From Seison nebaliae (taxonomy: Eukaryota), in the NCBI GenBank assembly GCA_023231475.1, contig JALJEE010001667.1:1-53689 (forward strand): a DNA stretch of 53,689 bases. The letters run 5' to 3'. The notes under the pieces are model-generated. The model was not told the origin of the DNA. It saw only the letters and a list, made by a program, of their open reading frames with translations, and ran no database searches. This document shows, piece after piece, positions 13,092 to 27,400 of the stretch; position 1 is the first letter of the stretch; every line of letters starts with the position of its first letter. The position numbers and the translations under genes are program-made.

Positions 13092-13860
13092 ATGAAACAT
13101 TTTTTCTTGTCTCTCTTAGTAGCCACATTGGTTATTTCAGCATTAGCTGAATATTCAGGTTCTAATTTCCATTACACTTCATTCACTTAATTAATTAATT
13201 TAAATAACTGAATTAGATGAGGATCTTCTTGACATTTTATCAGCGGAAGATGCTGATTCATTCTTAGAGACTTTCGAGAAACGTTTTTGGAAGAAAAAGA
13301 AGCCAACATCTGCTCCAACCATTTCACCAAGAAAACTGAAAAAAGCAGAAAAACAACGACAGGAGAAAGAGAGACGTCTGAAATTGAATAAGGCGAAAGC
13401 TTTGAAATTTTATGAGGATACATGTGAAACGTCGAAGAAAATTCCTCAGAGATCATGTCGACCAATACAGGAATGTTTTGCTGATTCGGGATCAAGAAGG
13501 AACTCGATTAAACCACGACCATCCGATCCTTCCGATAATTACTTGAGACCATCTTCTTTCAGAAATCCATCATCTGGAAGTCTTCGACGATCTTCTGGAA
13601 GTTTCCATCGTTCATCGATCGATAGTTCACCATCATCAAGACGAAGTATCCGAGTCAAGCCCATTCCAATACGTCGCCCAAGTGAGTCAAGTCGAAGAGA
13701 TTCGATTCTTTCTCGACGATTGACTGATGATTATCGTCGAAATCGTGATAGTTACAGTTCGCGAAGAGGTTCGTCTAACGAGGAATCTGGATCAACAATT
13801 TATCGTACTTTCCGGGCATCGAAAGATAATCCGAAAACTTACCGAACATACAGTTTCTAA
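13092..13860 (+). CDS. Secreted precursor: signal, acidic pro-region, KR, very basic Arg/Ser-rich mature part
   Basis: MKHFFLSLLVATLVISALA; intron 13159-13216 joins in frame to DEDLLDILSAEDADSFLETFEKR-FWKKKK.. and on into ORF 13384-13860. Confidence 0.75.
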
Positions 13861-14232
13861 ATAAATCTAGTTTGCTAGTTCAGAAGACGATTAAACGAGT
13901 ATTTCTATCAAAATCATCATAATTCTCATTTTTTATTATACTGATTGAAACAATTATTGAACAAATCACAATTGGACCATATTATTGATATTTTCTTATA
14001 TTTTTAATAAAACTAAAAATTTTCCTTAAACTCAAGCTAAAACTAACTGAACTTAAAATATTTTGATTTATTATAATTTATTTAAAATATCACAACAGCT
14101 CATGAATGTATTCCATTATCTCGATAAGTCTTCATCTCCATGACATACGTCGACAACTGATATTTTGTTTACATTGCACTACCTTATTCATTTTATTTAC
14201 ACAAATATCTCAAACTCGAGAAAAAAAGTGTA

Positions 14233-15150
14233 ATGAATTGTACATTCGGAATTTATTTCATTTATTTCATCGTTACAATTACGATCGGTTACATGAATTC
14301 CTTATCTTTCATTTCCTTCAATTAAATTTAGTTCTTCCATTAAAGTTCATTTCATTCTCCGTTCCAAAATGGCTGTGGTGGACGATCGAACCCAATGTAC
14401 ATCCATCAAAATCGATGTCATTCATCGAGGAAGGACTTTGGGCGAAATGTGTTTCACTTCATGAACAATCTGGTACAGAAGTCACGGATGATCATTTGTT
14501 GGAATTATTTAATTTTACGATGAACATTCATTTTTTTACCTCTTCAGTTTTAAGACGTGTACTCATTGGACGGGAGAATTTCTTTATTCCAGTTGGATGG
14601 AATTCGATGTCGACGTTCCACAAAATGCACCATCCGAAATTTATCGACATGTCGTAATTGATGATTATCTTTATGTAATTCAAGTTAGGAAAGAATTGTT
14701 TTTTCGAAAATTCAAATTCCATTCTTTCAGGCATTAATTACAACCGGAATGATTTCTGATATTTTATCTGCATTTTTGCTAATTATCATTTTTCACAAAA
14801 TTCGCACTACTCATGAAACATCATTACCATTAATTAAATGGATGATATTTTTGAACGTCGCTTCCATCATATTGCGAACCATATCGATGGTTCTGGTGGA
14901 AGCTCTTTGGAAGAAGAAGCGTTATGATGCTCTTATGAATTTCGAACCAATGAACAAACCAATTATGATATATGGATGGGCATTCTATTTGGAAATTGCT
15001 GTCATTATACTCACCGTTATATTATCCACAACTGAAGCGATTCATTATAAAGTGAAAGTGAGTGAAATTAAGAGAATCTATCGGAAAAAAATCATCTTAC
15101 AACAAGTCACCGAGAGATTGAAGATGTTAGACAATGAAGATATACCATAA
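14233..15150 (+). CDS. PMP22/claudin-superfamily tetraspan protein (copy 1)
   Basis: TM1 then W..EEGLW..C..C extracellular signature, three further hydrophobic segments including YGWAFYL. Introns 14288-14331, 14498-14547, 14684-14730. Confidence 0.75.
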
Positions 15151-15262
15151 ACTTTTTACGTGATGAAATTGAGAATAAATTAATTTGAAAATTTCGAAAT
15201 TTTCTATTTTTCCTCTTAGAATGTATCATGTTCCCAACTTTTAGAAAGGTCGAATTGAAAAA

Positions 15263-16685
15263 ATGAAACAATTTCCGTCGTCTACAGCGAAAGTTTTAAT
15301 TTCGACGAAAGATGAAAAACTCTTCTATTTATTGGCATGGATTTTCGGCATTGGATTAGGTATTATCATTGTTATTCTCCCATTTTTCATTAGTTCCTTC
15401 AGGTTTTCCGTCACTGGTCGTGTCATTCGCTTCACCAAATTATTTAATTTGGGCTAACGAACCGGAAATCGAACCAACAGATGCGAAAACTTTAATAACG
15501 GAAGGAATCTGGTCTGGATGTTTCGTTGTTCATGATACGTTGTATACACATCGAAAGTCTTTTTAACCATCTCTCAGGAATTTCATGAATTTTCCGTAGT
15601 TATAAAGTATGTCAATTTTGGACTGGTGGTATTTCGTTTAAATCGTGGAAGGTTCAAGATCCGCAATTAAATCCGGCACTTATTATGGAACTAGACACCC
15701 CAACATTAATGAACGAGTTTATAAATACTTGTCAAGTTTCAATCTTCGATTTATTTACAATATTTTGTTAGCTTAATCGAACCAATTTTAATTCTAGGCA
15801 TTCTATTTTTTGGCATTATTTTCCCATTTGGCTTCCATTGTTTGTTTGAGTCTTTTTGAGCAGAAAAGAAAGAAAATATCAAAACTCGCGTTAACCAAAT
15901 TTTTGAATATAACCGGAGGATTGTTGATAACATCGAGCTTCTTACGTCTTCTTACCATACCGATAATTACGGAAGGATGGCTAAAAAAACGACGACAGGC
16001 ACTTGTGAATTTCTCTCAGAATTTTATGCCAATCGTACGTTATGGTTGGGGTTTCTGGTTTGCTATACCTTCAATATTATTCCCGATGGTTGGAGGAATT
16101 GTCTTATTAATATTGACAAGGAAAATTATCGATCGATACAGTCGAAATAAATTCACGGCCAGTATGATGACGATACCTCAAGATTTACGTCCACATGAAC
16201 GATTTCCGTTAATAAGACGAACACCGTCCCATTCTTCGATCAAGAAACCAATTCTGTATGCAACTGGCGGGAAAAATGGTGGAATTTATTATGATTATAA
16301 TACCGAACAAAAGATTAGGAAAGGTGAGGAAAAGAGAGAGATGATAAAACGTCAACCGAATAAATTCATTAATAATAATCTTCAGACACATCATATGGGA
16401 ACTGGGAAAATGGACCAATATGAAGACATAAAAACTCAACATCCAGTCAACGTTCCTACTCATGTTCCACCACATAATTATAATTATTATCTTCCTGCTA
16501 AAAACAATTTGCCGAATTTGGAAAATTTAAAGGAACAAGAAACTCATCATTTTGGAAGTTAAAATTTTCCCGTTTTTTGAAAAAATTTCATAAAATATTT
16601 TAATAATTTTTTAGATCGAGAACTTCATGGAAGTCGCCAAATTATTAATATCGATGCGGATAATGCTTTAGAATCTGCCGTCTAA
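15263..16685 (+). CDS. PMP22/claudin-superfamily tetraspan protein (copy 2, long cytoplasmic tail ending ESAV)
   Basis: TEGIWSGC..YKVC and YGWGFWF motifs; four introns restore the frame; tandem paralog of copy 1. Confidence 0.75.
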
Positions 16686-16749
16686 TTTTTTCTTTTATTT
16701 TGTAATACAAAAAATCCGATTTAAATTAATTTTAAAGAATAATTCCCGA

Positions 16750-18034
16750 TTAAGTGAAAGTTTTAAGAACATTCTCTGATGATTTCTCTACTACCGGAAT
16801 AACGATTTCATGAATAAATGGTCGTTCAACATTTTTGTTCGCCAACATCACTTTTAAGAGTTTAATAATATCATTTGATAAATGTCCATAGTTCGTTGGA
16901 ATGATTATGTCATTGTTCTCAATAACATCGAACAATTTTTGAATTTGACTAATTTGAATTTCGAGTAATTGAATTTCTTTACATTGGAAAAGAAACGGAT
17001 GATGAATAAATGCCAATTGGTAAAGAATTACACCTAATTGCCATACATCGCTCAATCTCCCATCATATATGTCTGTTCCTCGAACATTCTCTGGTGGAGA
17101 CGCCAACGGTGTACATTGTTGACGATAAATATGATGAGAATTTGAATTTTTCTCCCTCATTTTAATATGATGACGAATTGATCGTCTAATTTTAATTTGT
17201 TGCTCATATGTACCATCATCGTCATCGAATTTAGTCTCAACAATTGTCGCGTTTGATAATGGAGTAGCTATCTCAAAATCGATTAGTTTTAGTATTCCTG
17301 CTTCCGTTATGATGATATTTTCTAATTTCAAATCGTTATGAATTATATTCGCCGTTAGATGAAGATATCGAACTGCAGCGAACAAATGTTCCATACAATG
17401 AATTAATTCAGTTTGATTTAGAGAGAATCTATCATTATCCGAATAACGTTCGATCAATTTCTTCTGGTCAATTAATAGTGGGAGATGATTCACGAAGAAA
17501 TTGTCTAAATCGCAAATTCCTCGTTCGAGTAATATATACAATTTCTTCTGATGTCCGTCATAAGAAAAATGGATAAATTTCACAATGTTCTCATGTGCCA
17601 GTTGAGATAAGATCGATACTTCTCGACCAAATCGCATTTGTTCGAATCGATTCAAATCTGCACCATAATTATCATCAGTGATACCATCAAATGATTTAGT
17701 TTCTTGAAATTTCTTATTGAAATTAATACGATTTCGAACCGTTATTTTAGTTAAATTCGTTTTGTTTTTTAACATTTTGATTATAATCCGTTTTTTTGTA
17801 GGACGGAGTACGCTTTCGAACACATCGGTATTATTCGTTCCGTGATAGATATTCTCACCTAACTGAATATGACTAAGAGATATGACATTCTTCGGATTCA
17901 TGGTTGACGTTTCGAGACAAGATCTGTTGACGAAAAGTTTGTTCGCTACTTTATTGTCTGAACGGAAATTACGAAGTTGTTTGTTCAGTTGTCGCGAGGA
18001 CGTTACGGAACGAACGTTTATCAGTTGGATTCAT
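16750..18034 (-). CDS. Divergent Ser/Thr protein kinase
   Basis: IIIK, REVSIL..LAHENIV, HNDLKLEN, LIDFE, SPPE, DVWQLGV. A 19-nt first exon (ATG 18034) joins in frame via GTT..CAG intron 18015-17958. Confidence 0.85.
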
Positions 18035-18089
18035 ATTGTTTGAAAAATTGAAATTCATTCATTTGTATAAAATTGAGTCGTAACGGACG

Positions 18090-18535
18090 TAGTGATGTTG
18101 ATACGAATTGCGAAGAGAAATTAATTTCTTAGTTCCCCTTTTAATAAATGAAAAATTCCAGACATTTCCCTTTCGCGAGTTATACATACTCCCACTTCGT
18201 GAAGGGAAACGAAGTGAAGGAAAGAATAGGAGAAAAAAAGGAACGGCGAAAGAACATTTTTTTGAAAGTCCTTTTCCTACTTTAACGGACAGAATAGTAC
18301 TGCGACAATATATTCGTTGAAAAATTATGATATTCTGTCCGTTAAAGTAGGAAAAGGACTTTCAAAAAAATGTTCTTTCGCCGTTCCTTTTTTTCTCCTA
18401 TTCTTTCCTTCACTTTCACTTTCCACGAAGTGGGATTATGTATAGCTCGCGAAAGGGAAATGTCTGGAAATTTTCATTTATTAAAAGGGGAACCAAGAAA
18501 TTAATTTCCATTCGCACTTCGTATCAACATCACTA
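18090..18535. mobile_element. hAT-type palindromic MITE (446 bp) with 8-bp target-site duplication
   Basis: Termini TAGTGATG...CATCACTA; ~205-bp inverted arms (18090-18296 and 18331-18535); direct repeat AACGGACG at 18082-18089 and 18536-18543. Confidence 0.92.
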
Positions 18536-18853
18536 AACGGACGGAAAAGAAAAGAATTTAACAGACGTTTTTTATTTTAAATTTATCAAAAATTTGAAGA
18601 AATTTGTTGTATAAGAAAATGATGGGCGAAGGAAATGGATGAGGGGAAGAAAATTTGTATATATTAGATTAGAAATGAAAAAAATGTAAAGAATTTCCGT
18701 TTGAGAATTATTTGCCAATTAGATAAAAGGGAAGAATGTATTGAAAATGATGGGATAAAAGGAGTTAAAATCATTTAAAAACTAAAATTACAAGTAATTA
18801 AAAGAAAGTCTAGTCTAGAGAATGTGGAAGAATGGAAATATCTCCTCAAGAAT

Positions 18854-21800
18854 TTACACCCAACTGTCCGAAGGCGATTTATTCTCGTTGATGACTGACG
18901 AACTCATCAATTGCTGATTCTCAAATGGTGATTGTTCATGTAAACGCTGTTGTTGTTGTTGTTGTGGTGGTGGTGGTGGTAGTGGTGGTTGTGACGATGG
19001 TTGACGTGAATTGTTGATTTGTTGATGTCTCTTCAACAACTCATCCATTTCATTATCGGTTATCGGAGTTAATTTATTATCAGCACATACCAAATAATTC
19101 TTTCCTCGAATATTTATCACTTTCGCCACCGTATTCTCATCATGATCGAACGATAACACATTGTCCAATAATGAAGCAGAATCAGGCGCATATTTCAAAG
19201 AGTTCTGAGATGAATTCATCATACCGTTGCCAGGAGCGATATCTTGATTATCTTCTCGATTGCTACAATGACTTAATGTTTGTTGGTGATAATTAGCCAA
19301 GTCATTTTGATCATTCACCATTTCACCATCAATTCCATTATGAATGTTAGTTATGTTACTTCGATAATATTGCCCGTTCGATTGTAACGAATAATTATCC
19401 GTATCATCCGAATATGGCACGTATTGTTGTTGTTGTTGTTGTTGTTTGATATGATGTGCCTGATTTCGATTAGGTACCAAAGTGTTATGACCATCAATCT
19501 CATTCTCATTTTGTATAATCCGTCCATATTTCTGTTGTTGTTGTTGTTGTTGCTGACGCAATTGTTGCTGTTTATCAACATGAGCATAAAGACTGTCTTC
19601 ATGATTCATGACATCATCATGAACATTAGTTGATCGTCGACTTGAACGAGAAATATTCTGAAGATGTTTGGAGAAAATATGAAGTTTAAAGGGAAAATTA
19701 ATGAAAAGTTTGAACATCCAAATTGCCTCGATCAAGAGATGCTTGACTTTGATACTTTTGCTGGTGTTGTTGTTGTTCTTGTTGTCGTGGTTGTAATTGA
19801 GAGATTTCAGTTCGTTGCCTTTTGCGACTACTATCTCTCATTGTCTGATCATGTTTCCCACCGATATCGGCACGAGGACGATGTAAAGTGTTAATAGGTG
19901 AATAATCAGGTTGTGATAACTCGAATGAACGATTGATAAAATGTTTTTCAGTGAATCCATGCTTCTCATACAATTCATGCATATCCTTCCGTTTCCAAAG
20001 ACTTGAAAGAATCTATAAACAATAAATTATAATAATAATCAAATAATACAAAAAATTAATTTAACATATGCCGTATATTTCATGACTTTAGACGAAAAAC
20101 AATTTCTTGACATCAATATTCTATGTAGTCGTTCAACTCCACCTTCCTCCACGAAATTCCGAGCGAAATGTGTTCGTTTCAATGTTTGTGATTTATCCTT
20201 CAATATCTCATTAATACACGCCAGAACATTGCACAAAGTTTTATCGTTGAATTTCCTTTGATTTTCCGTCGGTATACAATCGATCAAATACTTCATTAAT
20301 CCTTTCCCAATCAATTCTTTATTTCTCGGATCGATCGCCAAATTCCTCAACGTAATAGCAGCGACTGATGCCAACGAATCATTTTGATAATTCAACAAAT
20401 CACAAATGACCATCAATCCCTTCTCTCGACGTACTGTTTGTCTGATCATTCCACTCGGCGACCAATTATATGCCGCTAAATTTTGAATGCATCCACACGC
20501 TGCTTCCATCGTATCAGGATTCTGTGAATGTCGCAATACATGTAAACAAAGCCGAACGACTTCTTCCGTCCACAAATCCCCACCACGACCATCACCTGGA
20601 CGTGGAATATAATTAACATCCGCTTTCCTTTGAGTACGACTTTTACTTCGACTATTCGATTTGTCATTTCGATCCAAATTCTTTTCATTCATCTTCTTCA
20701 TTTTACTTCTTTCTTTATGTTTCCTTTGATTGTCTATTCCTCTTAACGGTAAAGTTGATTCATCTCCAGTATTTTCTCCATCAGTCGCTTCACTTAAACC
20801 GATAACGGCACGGAAAGCCAAATTCCTGAGAACACAAAAACAATTCTCTAAAGTTTTTCCATGAATCTCAACGGAATGATTACACGCCGCTTTTGAGACT
20901 TGTAATAACGATTCGACTAAACCAGGAGCATGTCTCATTAACGATCTGATTTCATCTTCAGTACTAGAACAATTTCTAAGAATTCCCACAGCATTCCGGA
21001 GAACAGTGGGGAAAGCATAATTCTGATTTTGTAATCGTTGAATTGATAATGAACATAACGGAACGATTATCCTCTCAGTTAATGCGGCTAAACCGATAAT
21101 CATTATTGGTTTCTTCGTTTCTTCACATCCTGATAAATTCCATAAAACGGCAGTAGCTGCTTCTTTTACCGAATTATCATTTGTTTCAACTAACAATCGA
21201 ACAAGAGATTCGATTCCGTTACATCTCTTAATCTCTCTCTTATTCTCATCATTATTCTTCCCATAACTCAAATTTCTTAGGGCCCCACAAGAATTTCGAT
21301 GTACATCGAATTTTCGATGTGATAATAATTTGACTAATGCCGATATACCATCCAAAACACGTGTTCGTGTTTTCACTTCATCATCATTATAACAGAGATG
21401 TTGGAGATATGCTGCTGCATTTGCTTTCTTCCGATCATCATCATCTGATAAAAATTCGATAACTTCCGCCAAATTCGGATTTCGCCAATATTGTGGTTGT
21501 CGATATAACGAATCTTGGGGATTTTGTTGTTGTTGATATTGTGGTTGTTGTGACATGTCATCAGGATCATGATCTAATCCTTCATAACGATCATCGACTA
21601 ATGGGTTTGGATCGGGATCGAAATCGATTCCTCTTTCTTCAGGATAATTTCGATTCTCTTCAGGATGGAGACTCTCTCGATCTTTCATTTCATTCAATAA
21701 TTTCCTTCCTCTTTCTTGCACGATCGAATCGGAATCTCTATCTTCATCATTTCGACGACGATGACCCGAATGTGGATGACGAGGAAGGACATGTTGTTGA

Positions 21801-23428
21801 TAATATTCTTCACTATCCATTTCAACTGGAACATATTTACCATTTATTAATCGATAAATTTTCGGAATTTGTTTAATATAATCTTCGTTATGTTCCAGAG
21901 ATAAATCACCGTCATTGGGATGTTCGGTCACTAAAGTTTTCTGATATTCTTCAGGAATATGAATTCCATGCTTCCTCAACAATTCAGGATCGATCGGTTT
22001 CCCAGTAAGAATATCGATAGGAATTTGTTTAACACTTCGAATCGTCGTAATTTTCGTCACTTTAGTCACTTCTTCTTGTTCTTGTTGACGACGAACAATT
22101 TTTGTGCCATCTGGTGCCACTTCTTCGGTGACTGTCTCGTGAACGGTGACATGACTTTTTCCTTCATTCGGACTAGTACTGGACGTTGTGTTCTTATTAT
22201 TCTTATTATCATTGGAGTCGTTGGAACGAATGTTGAGTTTAGAGAATGATTGAGGTAAATCGGGATCGATCGACATTTGTTGATTGGATAACGGTCCATC
22301 AGTATCGAATTCGTATGTGTATGAATAACGTTCTCTCGTTGGTAATTGTTGAGTCATTGTATGAAACTTTTCATTTGAATCGGAATGTTTCATTTCATCA
22401 ACATCATCACTACTACTTCCCGTATTAATTTGATCATCAGAGACACGTGGCTGTATACAGGAAAGATCTTTCTGTTTATATTGTTCACCCACTAAATGAT
22501 GATAATGACCTTCGTCATTCTTATGTTTATCGTTCGTCCTCTTCCTACTCCCACAAACATACTCATAATTGATGGGAGAGGAGTCTCTCGAATAATATTG
22601 TTGTTCCATCTGATGATATTGTTCATATTGTTTCTGCTGTTCATGTGGATGTTGTTGTTGAAAGTTATCGTTGTCGGCATAATGATGAACTTCGTCTGAA
22701 TCACTTTGATTCATTCCATTCGTATAAGGGAACGTATCGTTATGTTGCATCGAATGATAGTGTTGAGAGTTGGGATCATACGGATGATGATTCGGATCGA
22801 TTTGACGATGGTGATGTTCCATATGTCGTTGAGAGGAATGGGAACAATCGATTTCATCTGAACTATTCGCATTATAAAATCGACGATTATCAGTTATCGT
22901 TTGTTGAGGAATTTGCTGACGATGCGAATGGTGATGATGATGGTGATGGGATGGATAATGTGGATAATCGACGACGTTGTCTGTTGAGTATCGTCTAACA
23001 TGATCCATCTCTTCCTGATTATTACAGTTATTCTCTCCCTCGTAAGTATCATTCGACTGATTATTATGATTATTATAATCATCATCTTCTTCTTCTTCTT
23101 CTTCCTCTTCATCATCATCATCGTCATCTTCTGTGGTTGTATTTCGATTTTCATTATAAGCACGATGATGATGATGTTGATGATGCGGAGGATAACCAGG
23201 ATAATTCTGTTCTTGTGAATGATGGTGATGGTGATGATGTTGATGATATTGTCGTTCTGCATGATAATTTCGTTTAGTAGACGACATGTTAGAATAAGGT
23301 GAAGAATTCACTTCGTCCACATGATACGAATGCATTTCTTGTTGAGACGTTAAATTATCTGGAGAATAATGTTGATGATGATAATGTTCCTCTTGTAATT
23401 GATATCGACCTTCATTATCATCATTATC

Positions 23429-23471
<43 letters not shown>

Positions 23472-24481
23472 TCATTCGATTGAAATGATTGTTGTTGTTC
23501 TTGTTGTTGTTCGGATGGATATGATGGTGTATAATGTTGATGATGATAATAATGTTTTTGTTCGATTAATTCATTCGATGAACCGTCATACGAAGAAGTA
23601 TCATGATCAGTTCTCACTCGATTTCTAGAATGATAATCCTGATGTTTCATTGACATATCGTCCGCTCGACGATGTATCGATGAAGCGGTTGAGTTAGATG
23701 ATACCGAATTATTCATATTAATGGTGAGCTTTGAATAAATATTCTGGATATGATTAATTTGATTATTCAATTGACGATTCAGGTGCAAATCGTCATTATT
23801 ACAAAATAACCAGGACTTATTATATCGAGGTATCTTCCTCAATTGCTGATTCTCTAATTTTCTTGTATGTACTTTACTCAACGTTTCTTTCTTCTTCTCC
23901 TCTTTCGACTCGTTCGGTGACTCACTTAAATTTGTTGACAAAACTTTTCTTAATTTTTCTCGTTTTATTGTCCGATAGAATTGAGAGATCTCATTCTCAT
24001 AATTTATAAATGAATCGTCATGAAATTTCAATAAATGTCTCTCCTTATCATTCACTTGAGACGTACTGATACTTCGATCTCGAAACTTCTTTTCACTCTC
24101 CCAATCGGTCTGACCTTCCTCGAATTCTCCTTCTTTTTCTCGTTTCTTGTGAGTTGTTACGTCGTTGAATAATTTATATAAATCATTCAAATCCAAATAA
24201 TTCTTCTTTTCACTTCTAATGAAATTATCGTTTAATTTAATTAAATCTTCACTCCTCAACAAATTCGTCAAACTACTCACATCCGTCAGTTCTTCATTAC
24301 CGTTATTCTCATGAAATTGACTGATTTTTAAATAATTATTCCGGTTTGGTAATTTTTTCGATTTCACCTCAACTTTTCGTGATGTGGTCGGAGAAGATGA
24401 TGATGATGATGAAATAGATGATGCCAAAGATAAACTCTGAGATGTCGTTTGTTGGATATCAACAGTGTTTTTTATATCCAA
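18854..24481 (-). CDS. p120/delta-catenin family armadillo protein; true start unresolved, frame stays open to ~24560
   Basis: WRNPNLAEVIEFL..KANAAAYLQHLCY, GALRNLSYG, LWNLS, ENCFCVLRNL armadillo repeats; C-terminal PDZ ligand DSWV as in delta-catenin/ARVCF/p0071. Introns 20065-20013 and 19715-19658. Confidence 0.93.
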
Positions 24482-27400
24482 AATAGATGTAGTTGGAGGT
24501 GAATGGTTCAGTTTCTTTTGCGAACTAATTGTTGCATCAAATTCTTCGAAAGAGAAATGATATTAATGAATCTTTATTAGACGAAGTAATTGCTTGAATG
24601 GATTGCTAAACGAATGGAGAATGATTCATTTCCTCATCTGTTGTCTATCTGAGGTTGGAGTAAAATAAAACACTTCGTTTACATTAGACGAATGACAAAA
24701 CTATAAAATAAAAAAGAATTCCAATTTTCCAACAATTAAACGTAATTTGTTCTTACGTTAGAATTAAATCACAATTTCCTAAAATTTAAATTTATCTAAT
24801 CATTCTTCATTTCTTCTAACAATGTTTTACATCTCTGACATCTGATGAATGAAAGAATGTTTTGAAAAAAAATCATTTTTCATCTTTATTTTCTCATCAA
24901 TCTTTTCCCGTTCTTCCATCATTCTCCAATAAACACATTATTAATGAGTATTACTAATATACATTTTATGAACAACAAATTTGTTCTGGTAAGCCATTAG
25001 TCGTACACGACAATTGGCCGAATAAAAATTCTCTTCCAAACAAAGATGGAATTCGATGGAAATTAATAGAATTCCGAATGTAAATGATCAATGGAAGTAT
25101 GTTAAAACAACGATTTAATGGGGAATGTCTATACGAAAAATGAAGAAAAGGTTCGATGATTATGAATGATGCATTCTTCTTTCGACGATGCCAATAATCT
25201 GCTGGAAATAAGGAAAAATCGATCAATCGAATGGATTGACAGTGAATCAGAAAGGAGAATTTGTAAAAATTGGGAGAAGAGAACTGTGGACAAATGTGAA
25301 TTGGTTGGGAAAGAGATGATGGAGAAATTCACTTGTTCACTAGCTAGCTAGCGTGCTTGCTCGCTTATGTAACAGCTAACTCCAACTTAGAACTTCCTTT
25401 CCCAACTACAAAGTGACAAGTAAAAGAAATGTATATACGTCACTCCGCTACTACTAATCAATTGGTTTAATGCAGAGAAATTATTCAAGAAATTATGCGA
25501 ATCAATATTCCATTCACGTACAAAATGAAGCGACAGACGAAATGAAATAAATGAAAGAATCATCTGATAATATTTTTTTTGGGGGGAGAATTGGATTGTT
25601 TCCTTCCACACTCATCATCCTCTCCCTCGATGAAGAGGAAAGGAAATGAAGTAAAGAAAATTGTACGAATATGAAATTATTTCTTTCATTCATTCACCGT
25701 CGTTTTCGTCGATGGTAGGATAAAGAAGAATTCCAAGTTTTTCCTGACTGCTTCGAATTGATGAACTTCCAACAGTTAAAAGTTCTAACTAACCACCTCT
25801 TTTTTTTTAAACAAACACACACAAGTACACAAAGGCACAATTCTATTCTTACATTATTTATTAGTCAATAGAACGGACATAAAAGAATATAAATACTAAT
25901 ACGAAAGTTGGAGCATGAACACCCAAAGAACTATTGTTCAGTTGTTTCATTCAACTCATTTCCCATATTGAATTAAGAGAGCAACCGAAATTCCTCTATA
26001 ATCAATCTCTTCAAGCAAACAACTGGAAAAGTGCTATCTGAAAATGCGAAAGAATAATAATAGTGACACTTTTGTACAAACCGGAAAGAAACGTGAACTG
26101 TACAGAGAATGAGAGAGGGAATGAATGAATAGAGACAAAAAGGAAGATATCATCTACGACTATATCTTTCTACCATTTAGTTCAAGTCACAAAAAGAGAT
26201 CATCATCACCATCATGAACAACATAAATGAATAGGAGAGAAAATTCTTTATTACAATCTGCATTAACAGAGAGGAAGCGATTTAAATTGTTTATGAAAGA
26301 GACAAAACATGTCTATTCTTTCCAGTTGTATCTCTGTGTTCATCTTCCCTCGTCGATGGCATATGTTCCCTATTACTGGAGGTAGTGGAATAAACATATA
26401 GATAACTCATTCTCTGCAATACAATAGAGAACACAATATATATGTATATATATATGTTCAATTATGAATTATCAAGTAGTAGGAGTCTAGGAATCATGAA
26501 CGACGTAATTTTCTTGGGAAATCGGCTGATTTACCATTAGGAAGAGGAACTTTAAGAAATATGTAAATATTGAAAAAATATCGAGAAAATCTGTTTATTT
26601 TGAATGACCGTCAATAGTTTGTTGTTGGACATTCTTTGTCAATTAATCTACTTTAACCACCAAATTATTCAACAGACAAACCTTCAATGTTGATTTAATA
26701 ATATTATATAATTATGGAGCAAATTAATTATTTCTGCACTTCTTAATATTACACAAGATACGGCGGGTTAACATAACTTTCTTCCAGACATATTAGGATG
26801 GAATAATAAACGAATATATAATCTAATATTGCCCATGAAAAAAATTGTTGTTGTGGAAAATATAGATATTTCCTATACTATGTTTCGAACTGTTTACGAA
26901 ATTTCTAGGAAAAAATTTCAAAAAAAATTCTAAAAAAATATTTCGAAAATTTTTTCCCAAAAATTTCTCCGGATAAAATTATGTTCGAACTTGATAAATA
27001 TTTCGAATATTTTTGCTGATGTTCGAAAAACTTCTCCAGATTTTCAATTTATTTAACTGACCTATTAAAAAGCGATTATCAAGAATAATGCTTCTAAGTC
27101 GATGGTTTAACATGAAGAATGATGATTAACGGTGCACTTATTATGATGATACTGCTTTCCTTCAAATCCCTCTTTCTGGAAATAAAATGAAGTGGAACAA
27201 TTCCATAAATTGATTTCCATTTGAGTGCATCTTAAAAGATTGGAAACATATGATCCTTATTAAAGGTTACTCACTGGAAGGCTCTATTCAATTCGCCCAT
27301 TTTCATTAATAGTTGAGTAATTGATCGTTTACTCTCGTAAAGTGAAAAGAATTAGAAGAAAATGTAAATTATAGGGAAAAAATTAAAAAAAGTATATATT

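Noticed and set aside
15150..15263. Operon or SL trans-splicing suggested by tight spacing and an acceptor-like site near 15219
   Set aside because: Similar upstream acceptors at the NDUFA3-like and ARMH3 genes have matching GTT donors (5'UTR introns), and no SL RNA is visible. Evidence is insufficient.
18108..18320. 70-aa ORF
   Set aside because: Lies in the MITE arm and has no transposase similarity.
19351..23628. Many short Ile/Met/Val/Tyr-rich ORFs
   Set aside because: Alternative-frame and antisense shadows of catenin trinucleotide repeats.
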